A stretch of DNA of 63,331 bases, counting the filler, from Gonapodya sp. JEL0774 (lineage: Eukaryota): assembly GCA_027604505.1 (NCBI GenBank). It is 16 parts of 16 records of this genome, joined end to end, with 100 filler letters (N's around TTAATTAATTAA, not from the genome) between each part and the next. Parts side by side here need not be neighbours in the genome. Positions count along the whole stretch, not along the records: positions 23,874 to 27,743 come from JADIIX010001121.1; positions 27,844 to 31,711 come from JADIIX010001122.1; positions 31,812 to 35,674 come from JADIIX010001123.1; positions 35,775 to 39,632 come from JADIIX010001124.1; 12 more parts are not named here. One strand, 5' to 3'. How positions within the stretch are numbered: the first letter of the stretch is position 1; every line of letters starts with the position of its first letter. Positions 25,594-37,769 of this stretch are shown one piece after another. The translations under genes were made by a program, and so were the position numbers. The notes below the pieces were generated by a model. That model was not told the DNA's origin and did not search any database. It worked only from the letters and a program-made list of their open reading frames with translations.

Positions 25594-26733
25594 CTAAGGT
25601 TTTACCTCCAAGTCCTCTTTTTCATCAGGCTCATCTCCATCATCTTTCTTCAATGTAAACGCCGGATGTACCACATTAAAAATCACGGCAAGAATGAGCA
25701 TCAGCCCGGCATCCAAAGTGTACACAAGAGATTCCGTCTTGGCAAGGGTTGAGTCAAACCCGCCCCAGAACTCAGCGACACGAAAAGTGTTACGAATCTA
25801 GAGCAAGTTTCGCGTTTTCATGGATGGGGGCCGATATAGCGCAGTGTGCCGGTACGGTGAGTGCTAGAATGACAACATTCTCCATAGTACAATCAACTTA
25901 CCAGGATCAAAACGGAGCATATTATGTTACTCCACATTAGACGGTGCCAGAGTCCCTTAATGTGCTTCGCTTTGATATAGACACTGATCGCGAATACCAG
26001 GTACACGAAAATAGAAATGACCTGGATCGCCAAACCCGCGATAAGGATCTTGAGACCAAGGTTCAGAAGGTTCTGGTTCCCTTTGGGAATGAGGATCATC
26101 AGAGAGCCTATGATTTGAACGACAAAGGCAGTGACGTCGCATGTTATGAATATTTGGGCGACTCGGCGAGGGTTAATCGGGGAGTAGTGGTTGCCAAGAA
26201 GGTTGACTCTGCGAGTTGGACCGAAATGTAGAAGATCAATTCACTAGTAAAGCCATCAAAGCATGGCCTAGCGAAAGTTGTGGTTACGCACATTCGGGAC
26301 AACAGAATATACACCGCGGCGGCAAAGAAAATGGGCGCGATTACCTAGCAAAATCGGATTAGCATCGGCTATCCTGGTGCACAATGTTCCGGCATCCCCT
26401 TCACTCACGATGCAGGCAAACTGACCACTATAGAGGTTGTTGTTCCGAGGGTCTGTTTGTGCAATATCTTTCGCCTTTATTCGGATGCCGAAACCGAGAA
26501 GTTCCACTACGACCCAGAAAAATGAGGCGACATCAATTCAGTCGTCAGTATTAAAGCAACACGTCGAGATAGCGTGATGCACATACGAATACATCCGATG
26601 ACGATCGCACTCATGAACCATGTCTTGTACTTGTATACCTGAACTGCCTGCACGATGCCCGTGACGGTGAAGAGCACCATGAAAACTATGGCAAGAGGGA
26701 CAGATGGCTCATAGTGGAAGAGTGTGTTTTCCC
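25594..26733 (-). CDS. RTA1: RTA1-family protein, copy 2
   Basis: LFHYEPSVPLAIVF; ELLGFGIR; IAPIFFAAAVY; IAGLAIQV; FRVAEFWGG; FNVVHPAF...EVKP*. First exon and start codon not resolved. Confidence 0.88.
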
Positions 26734-27853
26734 CTGAATTCAGGAGATTCGGGAGGAGATATGATAGTGATATGAAATTTGAAGAACAATATAAGAGTCA
26801 ACACTCGGAGCACTCACCTAGAGAATCCAAGTACCAGGGAGATCACAGCAGTTAAAACAGATGCGATTTTTTTCGGCAATCAGGAAGAAGTGTGCGGATG
26901 GGTAAGGAACTGGTGGCGTTAACCTAGAACGCACAGCCTGATGATTCGACGACCCTATGTCAGAGCGACTCACATGGGATGGGTTTGGTCGTGGACATCG
27001 TGGACTTCACTAGCGCGCTTGAGGTGTGGAAACGTTCGCCTGCACGTGAGGTTCTTGGAAGCGATTGAAACTCGTCCGGAGGTCCGGAGGGACCGACAGG
27101 GAAGGTCAGGGAGGTTGAGGCAGAGATGGTTCAACCGACCGGCGCAATTTTCGGCGTTTTGACCCTCGCGAACCTTGTTTATCAGTTCCTTCCGAAAATC
27201 GTCATTGATACTCGTGTGTCGCTACTATCATTCTATTAATTCGGGACTCAGCTAGAGTCGCTCATGCCCGCACCGTAGAACGCCCAGGGTGCCGACGGAA
27301 GCCCAACTGAAGAATCAGCGAGAAAGTACGGTTAGTCAAGAAATAACTTGTAGAGATACATATTGCAATTCCTCTAGGAGTAGATAGCCATTGATCTGAA
27401 GTCCGCTCCGGCAAATAAATGGAGGAACGTGGACGGCGTTGCTTTTATGGCGCCACACGTGCACCATATTCCTTCCTGTCACCGCCCGTACATATGTTGA
27501 AAATGCAGATCGAATCACTGTAATCATATTGTAAAAGTAGACAATCACGTGCGCATCAGCGTTATGTCTGAAATACCCGTCAACAAGTTTTGCCAAACCA
27601 CATCTTTCAACATGCAGAGGGACCAAGCGGGGCATTCTATGTTGATAGATACTGGCGGGAACAAGATGGTTTCCTCCGATGACACAAACGATTTTACAGT
27701 TTTAATGGTCATCAATGTTGTAGTACTACGCGTCTTCCAGAAGNNNNNNNNNNNNNNNNNNNNNNNNNNNNNNNNNNNNNNNNNNNNTTAATTAATTAAN
27801 NNNNNNNNNNNNNNNNNNNNNNNNNNNNNNNNNNNNNNNNNNNCCCACCCGCG

Positions 27854-30274
27854 ATGTCTCCCACCTCCGATCCTGCAATTCCCCCTTCTCTCTACGCACT
27901 CGTACACCATTTCCTCTTATCCGCAAACCTCACTAAATCCGCAAACACATTCGCAAAGGAGTTGGGGTCAAAATTGGTCTGTATTATATAGGTTGGAGTC
28001 CACCAGCTACAGACAGTTCATGGCGACGGACGAAGAGTGCACATTTTGTTTCCAGTTTTCATCGATTGGGTGGGCCTGTGTGGACTGACGTGATGCTCTT
28101 CTCCCCAATCCCGGTCCCCTGCAGCCCACAGAGAAACCCCAAGAGGACCGCACTCTGCTCGCACTGTGGGCAAAATACCTCGAGTGAGTATATATTACAC
28201 CTTCTGTTTAAGAGATTTCCCCGAGTTTTTGCTTCCCCCCAACTTACACACTCAAACCACGAATCTTGCTTGCTTGCATACAATAAGTTTGGTCAAGGCT
28301 ACCGAAGACCCCTCTTCAGACTCCAGCTCCGACGAAGACTCAACCTCCTCCGAATCATCCGAATCATCCGAAGATGACGACCAACCCGCCGTGGCCAAAC
28401 CACCTCCACCTCCATCTGCACCCTCTCGTGGTGCCAAAACCCCATCCACAGCCACAGTCACCGTGACGGTCAAAAAGCTGGAACCCGACTCGGACTCTTC
28501 CTCGTCTTCATCTTCATCTTCCTCCTCCGACGACGACGAAGAAGAAGAAGAACCGCCCGTCACTGCCAAACCACCACAACCTGCTCCTCCACCCGCCAAA
28601 CCCGCAGCTGCTAGTGCTGCGACCAAGAAACGGGCAGCCAAATCCGAATCTTCATCTTCCGAAGACGACGCACAACCACAACCACCACCACCACCGGTGG
28701 CCAAACCCACCAAGAAACCCACCACCAAGACCACAAAAGCCACCGCCCCACCCAACCCCACCACCAAGACCACAAAAGCCACCGCCCCACCCAACCCCCA
28801 CCCCCCAACCGGCACAAAACGGAAAGCCCAATCCTCGTCCTCATCCTCCTCTTCCTCCAACTCTGCCTCCGACTCCGACTCCATCCCCACCCCACCCGCC
28901 ACCACCACCTCCAACCCCCCGGCCGCGAAGAAGTCCAAACCCAACCCTACCACTGTCCCGGTGCGGGTCAAGGGGAAGAACATCGGTACCACTGGCGGTG
29001 CCGGTGCCGCGTCGGACTCGGACTCGGACTCGGACTCCTCCATGACCGACGCCACCGCCAAGAAAGTACCGGCAACTTCGCTGCCGCCGCCGTCCTCGGC
29101 CGTAGTAGCCCGGCCCGTCAAATCCGCCAAGAAACCCTCCAAACCCGCCAACTCGTCCGAACCCGCCAAACCCGCCGAACCCGCAGTCGCACGTACTGGC
29201 GGTGATAGTAGTACTGACGGTGACAGCGACGCCGACGACGAGAAGGAAGGGAATGGCGGAGGGAAAGCGAAACGCAACGGCACAGTGTGAGTCGTCGTCG
29301 TTCGTCTTGTGTCATGGGTGGCTCTTACGCACGGTGTAAATTATGCCCACGTGGTACCAATGCGCGCACGTTCTCGTCGTGGGTCCCGCCCTCTCACCTT
29401 TCTTACCCATCGGGGCCTGCCCACCTCCCTCCCCTGCGTATCCCACCCACCGCCGCCCGCCGCCCGCCACCCGCCACCAGACCCACGACCAAGTCCAAGT
29501 TCAAGCCCCAGTCCAAGCCCGAAAAGCAGACCCCCGCTGTGTCCAAGCCCGCAGCCGCTGCGGCCGCGACCGCCGCCGCCGTCAAACCACCCACCGGGAC
29601 CGGGAAGAAGTCGGACAGGGCGACGGGCGCCAGCGAGGCGGAGAAACCCCCGGCTGCTGTGGAAAAGACGGTGGGCGAGGGCAAGGAGGCCAAGGTGAGC
29701 ACACGGTGGCATTGGCTGACGACACGAGGGTCAAAAGCAAACCCGCAGACGATCGGGTGCGCCGCGCCCTCCGTGATTGCGAGCCTTATGTTGACATGTG
29801 ACAGGCCGCGTGGTGCCATGTCGTCGTGTCCCTTGTGAGACCACGTGGGGTGACTTTGTTCCACTCTTCCCATCCCCTCCCTCCCACGGTTCCCCCCTCC
29901 ACCTCGCACCACGCGCCATAGCCCCGCCCCACCCCCTTCTCCCGCATCGACCGCGACAAGGTATCCTTCGCGGACCATAGGCTGAAGGATAATACGTACT
30001 TGGCCGCGAAAAACGTGAGTCTCTTCCTGTTCCACATCTTCACTCTTGCCTCTTCCCATTCCCCCGTCTCACCATCCCCCCAACCGCCCCCTCCCCCAAG
30101 CATGCCGCGCCGACCGACTACGGCTTCAAAGCGCACCAAGACCTGATCGTGACTCGGGGCAAAGGGTTCCGTGCGGAAAAGACCAAGAAGAAGCGCGGGT
30201 CGTATAGGGGAGGCGCGATCGATACCGAAAAGAGTTATTCGATAAAGTTTGGGAGTGACGGGGAGGAGGAGTGA
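27854..30274 (+). CDS. SRP40: Nucleolar phosphoprotein Srp40/Nopp140
   Basis: N-terminal LisH-like LYALVHHFLLSANLTKSANTFAKE; alternating acidic-Ser and K/P/A blocks; SRP40_C PFSRID...LKDNTY...YGFKAHQDLIVTRGKGFRAEKTKKKRGSYRGGAID...SIKF. Confidence 0.95.
28718..28795 (+). repeat. Perfect 39-bp tandem duplication inside SRP40
   Basis: CCCACCACCAAGACCACAAAAGCCACCGCCCCACCCAAC x2 (PTTKTTKATAPPN x2). Confidence 0.9.
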
Positions 30275-30553
30275 AGGGGAGGGGGAGGGGACGAGGGGAG
30301 AGGTAAAGTGTGCACGTCCGTCCGTCGTGTCATGGTGTGGTAGAGACCGAGTCATATGGTACAAATAAATAAAAACTCTATCCCAACCGTAGTCCTTCAA
30401 AACCCTGTCCTTGGTGTCGGTGTACGAATCACACTGGGGTGCGTCCCGTCCCGGCCGCCGCTACGCTTACCCCTGAGCCGTGCCCGTGGTGACCGCGCGC
30501 GCACGCAACCGTACACACACTTTCGTTGGTCGAGGCGAATATGGGGCGATAGT

Positions 30554-31711
30554 TTAGGTGTGACGGGGAGGGATCAAGTGGTCCGGGTTCATGATACCGT
30601 TGGGGTCGAACGTCCGCTTTACCTGTACGTTGTGCGGTGCCATGTCCGGTGGCGCAAGCCCACAAAGAGCCGTTGAACTAGTGTAACGTGGAGCACATGC
30701 AGCATGGACCACCGTTGGGCGTTGAACACTCACCTCCCGCATCACCTCGACGGCTTCCGCGCCCAGTTCCATCTCGAGGTACTGGCGTTTGCCAACTCCG
30801 ATGCCACTTGAGTAGTAGTCGTACACAAAAATCAACGAACAAAAAAAAAAAGAACAAACCAAAAACACAGTTGAGAGGGAGGAAAGCGGTGAAACTCTGC
30901 TGGCACGCCGACCGGGTTCATGGTGCGTGCGTAGTGCGTGCGAATATCTCCCCGACGACGCGCGCGGAGCTCAAAAACCCGTACTCACTGTTCTCCCGTG
31001 ACGGATCCTTCCATTTCGACGGCCAGCCGGGCGATTCTCTCGGAGAAGGATTTGGCCTTGGCCAGTTCGTGGGGGTCGCCCTTTTTGAGGGGGACGTCGC
31101 AGTGCTGGACAGTGTCGAGGGGGGGTGTGCATGAGCTGCGCCGACCAAGGGTGGCCCATACTCGCCGTCCACAGCGAAGCACGCGAACCGGCCCACTCAC
31201 AAAGTTCCCATCCCCCACGTGCGCCACGATCTGAAACTCCAGCCCGACCTCCCCCTTCATCTCCTGCGTCCTGGCCAGCGCCTCTGCCAACCTCGCCGGC
31301 GGGACCACCGTGTCCGTGATGAGGATGACCACGTCGGACCGCGGGAGCTCGGGGCGCAACTCGTACGTGGACCACAGGGCGTTCCGCCGAAGACCCCAAA
31401 TCTCGTCGTACTCGGCCGCGGTGTGCGCGGGGCGGTACAGGAGGGCCCCGCGGGAGGAGGCGAGGGTGGACACCAGGGTGGAGTGGGAGGAGATGGAGGA
31501 GGGAGAACCGGAGAACTGGGGGGGTGGTGGAGGGTCGTTCATCGTACTCGGGTGATTTCGATGGGGTGTTGTGGTTTCGTTGAGATCTCACCTCGACAAA
31601 CAGAGTGTGCGCGTTTGGTAACTGTGTCTTGTTATGGCGGTTGGCGGCTTCCATGGCAGTCTTGTCCATCAGCTCGAGTCGGTGGAATTGAATTCCGGTG
31701 CGAAACAAATC
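30554..31711 (-). CDS. DLD1: FAD-linked D-lactate dehydrogenase (cytochrome), 3' part
   Basis: LELMD; TLFVE|FSGS; WGLRRNALWS; TDTVVP; VAHVGDGNF|H; EGSVTGEH|GIGVGK; VKRTFDPNGIMNP. These are FAD-oxidase C-terminal domain motifs. Confidence 0.88.
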
Positions 31712-32353
31712 NNNNNNNNNNNNNNNNNNNNNNNNNNNNNNNNNNNNNNNNNNNNTTAATTAATTAANNNNNNNNNNNNNNNNNNNNNNNNNNNNNNNNN
31801 NNNNNNNNNNNTGAATAAATTCTTGCAGAATATGTAGAATGACTGGAGAAAATGTGCTCAATCCCGGAGCGGCCACAGCAACGCACTCACCATTTCAAGG
31901 TTTGACGTGAACAGTGAGGCAACTTATTGAATCTGATAACAGTATTCGAAGCTCACTGTAGATTCCATGAAAGCCTCGAACGTACGTTTTCGTGGGGTTA
32001 TCGGTTTGCAGTCTTTGAAGCTCGGGCGCCACAACATGACAACCAACCTACAAACAGAGGCGAACTGCTACTTGCCAGGATGAACACATGGTCATACTGG
32101 CGGAGAAAATAAAAGTTCCGTCGCCGAGGGCAGTCCAAATAAATTATAAAAGGTTGAGCAGGCTCGACAGGACACGAGACAACAACCTTGCGGGCAGAGT
32201 AATTGAAAGAGTTTGATTTAGACATTTACAATACAAAGAGTGATGGCCGAAGCCGTAGCATTACAGTGTGTGGTTACGGAACCGTACTCAAGTGCGAGGT
32301 GGTTTCGTCACGGGTTGCGGGACTACAAGTGGCGATCGGAAAGAGCACAAGCT

Positions 32354-32804
32354 TCACTTGCTTCCACACGAGCACGAGCCACCGTTGGCAGTGCATTTGC
32401 AGGCTGGTAGAGGAAACCAGAATATAATGGGCAGGATTGGCAGGAAGATCAGAACAGCAGAAGGGTGAGAGACAATCTTATCCATTCTCGATCGATGAAG
32501 AAACAGCAAAACTGAAGTACCATAGAGGCATAGCTCTGGCCTCCATGGCGCCCAATTGTCGATCTCCATCGACCCCCCAGACTATTCCGGCCTCAAAAAC
32601 TCACCGGCTCCACACGAGCATCCGTGGTCCGCAGTCTGTGCGGGCGCGGGGGCAGGCGCAGGAGTTGTGTTGCACTTGCAACCGTTTTCAGAGGCACAGT
32701 TGCAGGCTGGGAATGACGAGGATAGGGATGATGGTCAGATCGGAACCAATTCTAGGGTCGTGGACTGGGAACAGAAACTCACAGTTACCGCAGTTGCAGG
32801 GCAT
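32354..32804 (-). CDS. Metallothionein, 57 aa, 3 exons
   Basis: Exons 32804-32783, 32706-32605 and 32403-32354 (174 nt, canonical GTGAGT...CAG introns) give MPCNCGNSCNCASENGCKCNTTPAPAPAPAQTADHGCSCGAACKCTANGGSCSCGSK*. 12 Cys in six CxC motifs, no aromatic residues. Confidence 0.9.
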
Positions 32805-32861
32805 TTGAGATTACTTTGTCTAGGAAGTGTAGAGATGCTCTGATAGCTCTCTGATGGCTTC

Positions 32862-32912
32862 TTTATATGGGCCTGCGAGGTTATTGCCTGAGCGCTGTTT
32901 TCGCCGGGTGCA
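32862..32912 (-). promoter_or_regulatory. Candidate TATA box and MRE-like motif of the metallothionein gene
   Basis: On the minus strand, TATAAA lies about 60 nt upstream of the ATG and TGCACCCGGCGA at 32912-32901 fits the TGCRCNC core. Confidence 0.35.
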
Positions 32913-33762
32913 TGGGCCACGAGAACTCTCTCCAACAATTCCAGAAGTTTCGTTGTGAAGCCATGCTTTCTCGGGTGTTGGAGAAGAATATGATTTGTGT
33001 TGATGATGTGACCAACACGTAGAAGGTCCAGGTGTCTCGATCCTGTCCTAGCCAAACGTAGGAAGACGTCTGACTAGTGTACTGCTGCTGTTGTCGACGT
33101 CTTCAAGCGGTTTGTCAGGCGCAAAAGTCAGTTACTAGCTATCCGAACAAAAAAGTCAAGACAGACGACGCGTTCGTCTGGGGCGGGTCCCTTGAGCGTT
33201 CTCAATCTTGATTTTGTGATGGTAGAAGCCGTTAGCGTTACTTCTCTTCGTTTTTCCGTTTCTTCTCGTTGGTTTCAGAATTCGATGTTCGATATTCCAA
33301 TACACACAGTCACAACTCGTCATCCAAACTCAGCCCATCATGACTCATTCTGTAAAATGCTATCGCATATGTTCGACAAAGTCTCTCAGTGGCATTCAAA
33401 ATTGTCCTCATGTTCACTCTCTCCCGATAATGATATCAATCTCAAGTGTGTGTCATACTGGACCAGCAAGTCCCTGGTCGGACCCTACATCCTCAGGAGT
33501 GTTATGTTGTGACAAAATTTCAACATTAGTCGTGATAGCTCATGCACAAATGTGGTTGTGGTCTGTTCCCAGTGTTGCAATGTAATATTGCTATTGTGCA
33601 CAAAGAACGGTCATATTACGATACTCTAGCGTGGAATAAATTTTGAATTGACACACCCAGTAGGATATTGGGATTTGATGAACTGAAATTTTCAAACGAA
33701 AAACTGAGTCAGAAGTTTGCAGCAGGTGAATACAACAACGCGCTGATTGAATTCACCCAACC

Positions 33763-34633
33763 ATGAACGCAACACCAGCTGAGAGCTCTGACCGACCTGC
33801 AAATCCTCCTTCCGATGCATTCCCATCCTTTAGTAAGCGTTTTCCTGCACTGTTCCCTCAACTCATTGTGACTGTAACCAACCTCCGTCATTTCCTGCTG
33901 AAGGCCCAATGCCCACGGCCACTCTCTTCGCACACCTCGATCGTATTCGAGCCACGCAAGTCCGCCTAGCTATGGACCATATGGCTCTGACGTCGCTCCA
34001 GAAGGACGAGCGAGGCGCAGGTCCACTCACAATGGAGGATATGTTCGGACCCGAGACAGCAGCTTCTTCATCGCCTGCGGGGAAAGGGAAAGACAAGGAG
34101 AAGGCAGGATCGAAGGAGAAGTATCAGAGAAATAGCGAACGCTTTCGGAGTAAGGAGAGGGACGTTGACGCGCTAATGGGGAAGGTGAAACTTCAAAGGC
34201 GCTTTACCTAGCTCAACTCGGAATCTCATATCTGTGACACAACTGTATTCAGCTTGACGAGCTTTCTGCTCAGCTCGCCCAGTTTGTCTCCGAAACTTTT
34301 CCTGTAACTCCTCCACCACCAGCACCCACGGATCGACCATCATCGTCCCCCGGCCACGGGCCGTCAGTTTCTCCTGGGACAACCGGTACTCCGTTCATGA
34401 GCATGGGCGGTTTTGGGACCATGCCACCGAAGAGGGCGGTATCGCCCCAGGCACCAGTCTATTCAACGTTGGCACCAGGAGCTGGACATCCAGTGCCTCC
34501 TTTAGCGAGTACAACAGCTTCTTCAGCTATCCCCTCACTATCACCGTCGAGAAAAGTCAGCGCAGGCCACAGCACGAAACCCACAAGTCCCGAGAAGACT
34601 GCAGACAAGCTGGATGGATTACCGAGATCCTAG
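33763..34633 (+). CDS. Hypothetical coiled-coil protein, possibly CCDC28-like
   Basis: Three exons: ...LFAHLDRIRATQVRLAMDHMAL...FRSKERDVDALMGK|LDELSAQLAQF, then a P/S-rich tail. Family assignment is from pattern memory only. Confidence 0.55.
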
Positions 34634-35012
34634 ATCTTCTGGCTATACTGGAAACAGCGCTAGTTCTGGTCAATTCAATGTAAATTGCTTTTACTCTCCG
34701 CACATCGAAATGAAGTTGACGTGTTTGAGCCGCGCGTCATGAGTACATACACGACAGATGTATCACTATTGCTCACAAAATTTAGAGTCTGCCCGTCTGA
34801 TAATGGCATCGTCTCGTTCTACATTTTATGTGGCATGAACTTCATTCTAACTTAGGGAAATCAAACGAATATTTGTTGCAGGGTCTCGGGGTCAAGCTTT
34901 TGTGCAGGTCTTGTGAAACGACCAAAGCAGAGCCCCTTGAGGCTCTCCATCACCCGATCCCTCGCACGAATTGCTCCATCATTTCCAGCGCTACACAAGC
35001 GATCCACCGAAA

Positions 35013-35674
35013 ATGGCGTCCAAATTCGCCGATATGCCCGCGTTCAAGTAGGCAGCCCGAATCGCGTGACGATATTTTGCTTCCGCCTCTCCCCTGAAAT
35101 TTGCATTCATCACCACCATCGCTAGGAAACGGCGTACGGACCCTCCGCAACAACCGTCAGGTCAATCATCGGGTGCAAGCTCGTCATCGGCGCCTGGGCT
35201 GGGCCAGGGTCCACCTGAAGCGACCACCACATCGGGAGCGATGGTTCGACCCGGTTATGGGGCTCGCGGAAGGGCGGTGAAAGTTTTGTGAGTGTGGTAT
35301 TATCTGAAGGCCTCTTGTTAATGTTAGATGTGATGTATTTTCGGCAGGACGAACGTGTTTCCCATCACTGTGCAAGATTTCAACAAGACATTCGAGCAGT
35401 GTCAGTAGACATTGGGGCAATTGTTACCGACCTTGACAAGCAAATTAAATGCATGCTATTTGGTGCCTTTGTAGACGATGTGAATATCGAGTTCGCGAGA
35501 ACTCCAGACAAGGGCGTCCCAGAGGGATTGGCGGTACGGATCTTCAGAACCCTCACAAGAGCACAAGGGCCCGGGACTGCATCTCAGCTGGGAGATGCAC
35601 CAATAGCCTACGACGGTCAGAAGATCGCTATCGCAAAGACCAAGCTTGAAGTTATCCCAGATGAGTATGTTTTG
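35013..35674 (+). CDS. Argonaute, N-terminal part (truncated)
   Basis: Four exons spliced: MASKFADMPAFK...MVRPGYGARGRAVKVL|TNVFPIT...FEQ|YDVNIE...PDKGVPEGLAVRIF...IAYDGQKIAIAKTKL. Has the ArgoN hallmarks RPGxG..G, N.F, YDV and AYDG.K. Confidence 0.8.
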
Positions 35675-35774
35675 NNNNNNNNNNNNNNNNNNNNNNNNNN
35701 NNNNNNNNNNNNNNNNNNTTAATTAATTAANNNNNNNNNNNNNNNNNNNNNNNNNNNNNNNNNNNNNNNNNNNN

Positions 35775-37226
35775 GGTTCTAGTCCCATGACGGTATCACC
35801 TGCCCTTCCGCCTCCCCGACCATCGATGCTCTCCACAAACCCCACACCGAGTTCTTCTTCAGCGATATACAGGTCCGAAGATGAGGCAAGCTCGGAAGAT
35901 GGTGAAGGGCCCGAGGACAACCCAGTATCAGTAATCAAACGATTGCTGGCAGTTGCACCTGCTGCTGAAGACGAAACAGAGATGGAAATTACCGCGAACC
36001 TTGTTCAACAACCTGTGGGGAACGGTACCCCAAGTCGAGATGACATATCGGACTTCGGTGATGAGTTGGCGATGCGAGCAGCAATAATGCCCCCGACTCC
36101 GAAACCAGAACACGACCTGAGCTCTTCTTCGCATGCCGAACCATCTGTGCTAATAACCATCGAAGGCGTGGAGCTAGATGTTCCTCCCATCGTCGCCTAT
36201 CCTCCGCCGGTACCGCCGGGCCCTTCGCCCATCGTCTACGCTCAGACTCCGTCCCGCGTGGTGAGCCTTGGTACTCCATTCAGACTCATTCCAAGTGCAC
36301 CTGTTACGCCAGCTCTCCCTGGCGGCCAACCGTGGGCGAGCGTAGAGCGATCAGCTGGAGCGATGCCGGAGCCGTCGTTCACAGCTGGATCGCGTATCAG
36401 CTCACATGGTGCTCCATCATCGGTATCAAGGCTGCCAGAAGAGATCACTTTAGATGAAGTTGCCGGGCTCCTGAATCCGGCTCTTTTGGTCCCAGATGAA
36501 AGTGCGGCGAAAAGTGACCGGGTCTCCGATTCCACTCTTGAGATCCAGAAAGAGACAATCGATCATACCGAATCTGGCGACGACATCGACTGTGATTCCG
36601 GAGACGATGAGTATATGGACATTAGCGCGAGTCAGAAGGAGCGCTCCGGCTCGCGAGGCGTTTCGCGTTCTGCCTCTGCCGTATCCGCAGGCGGGATTCT
36701 TAGATCGATGAAAGTTCTTTTTCCTCATGAAGATGGAGGGGATATGACACTGGAAAAGCGTTCTCCGTCTCACTCGATGAGCACGAGCAGGACGGTCACA
36801 CCGAGAAGCTCAAACATGGTAACTGTAAGCGACCACCCTGCCTCGGGTGCTGTCCGATCGACATCGCGCCCCAACTCGAGGACAGTTGCCGAGTTCCTCG
36901 TCGGCAGTTTGCCCAAGTTCGCGCCGTTTCCAAGTGAACCGATCCATTTTGAGGGTCGCGATGCAACGCCAATGCAAGGAAGAGTTGAAATGGGTGCTCT
37001 TAACATCGGCCTTCCAGAAGATTACGTGAATATTGCTATTGCTCCGAGTGCTCGTGTGAATGAGGGACAGATATCAGGGAACTTATTTGGGAGCTCCGCT
37101 GGAAGCGTAAGAAAGGCCGAATTGGTGGATGATGAATGGTCGGAGAAGCAGGAGCGAATGAACGGAAGGGATAGTAAACGGCGAAAAGTTGGGGAACAGT
37201 CGAATGATGGTGAAATGGAGGCGTGA
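35775..37226 (+). CDS. Hypothetical low-complexity protein, 3' part
   Basis: About 480 open codons from the contig start; S/P/E-rich with C-terminal NLS-like KRRKV. Confidence 0.7.
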   Translation, partial: GSSPMTVSPALPPPRPSMLSTNPTPSSSSAIYRSEDEASSEDGEGPEDNPVSVIKRLLAVAPAAEDETEMEITANLVQQPVGNGTPSRDDISDFGDELAMRAAIMPPTPKPEHDLSSSSHAEPSVLITIEGVELDVPPIVAYPPPVPPGPSPIVYAQTPSRVVSLGTPFRLIPSAPVTPALPGGQPWASVERSAGAMPEPSFTAGSRISSHGAPSSVSRLPEEITLDEVAGLLNPALLVPDESAAKSDRVSDSTLEIQKETIDHTESGDDIDCDSGDDEYMDISASQKERSGSRGVSRSASAVSAGGILRSMKVLFPHEDGGDMTLEKRSPSHSMSTSRTVTPRSSNMVTVSDHPASGAVRSTSRPNSRTVAEFLVGSLPKFAPFPSEPIHFEGRDATPMQGRVEMGALNIGLPEDYVNIAIAPSARVNEGQISGNLFGSSAGSVRKAELVDDEWSEKQERMNGRDSKRRKVGEQSNDGEMEA

Positions 37227-37769
37227 AGTGTGGAGACTCAAATTGAAACGTTCTCAGGTAGAATACTCTCCAGATCACAATTTCCCTGTTTGCTCATGTT
37301 TTGACGCTACTTTCTTTCCCTGCAATATAGATACCACGAGGATACCCCCGCTATTCTCTAGTGACATACAACTCGTTATCGTTCATATCCCAGTCAACCT
37401 GTGATGTCAGCCCAATGATTAATCATTTCCTACAAAACGGCGTAGTAAGCTTGCGATCGAATGTGGTTGATTGCTCAATTGGTGTTGTTAGTGGTGAGGA
37501 TCGACAATCCTGCGGGATCATTGATCGACTCAGTTGAAGGACTCTGCGCGAGAGGTATTGTTACTCCATGTATAACTTGAAACTAATATCAATGTTATTG
37601 TCACTCAGTTGCGGGTCAGTCTACCTTCCTCGTTGTGAGCTAAACAGCACGGTGCAGCTTGGCACTTGTTGACTTTCTACTCCGCTTTCGAGAAAAACTG
37701 ATCATTGATATATGTCCTGTGTTACTCAATAATGGCTTTCGTAGAACCTTTTTAGGGAACTTCGGGGGA

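Noticed and set aside
27336..27743. Minus-strand fragment faintly like UPF0538/Aim29
   Set aside because: Similarity is limited to T..KSF and cannot be supported by eye.
28252..29283. 343-aa antisense ORF over SRP40, and similar antisense ORFs over CPA2, the RING gene and the ankyrin gene
   Set aside because: Shadow ORFs from GC-rich, low-complexity coding sequence; the sense strand carries the recognisable protein.
27844..31711. GC-rich contig as contamination from another organism
   Set aside because: Splice signals match the other contigs and similar GC-rich tracts occur inside CPA2; coverage or k-mer data would be needed.
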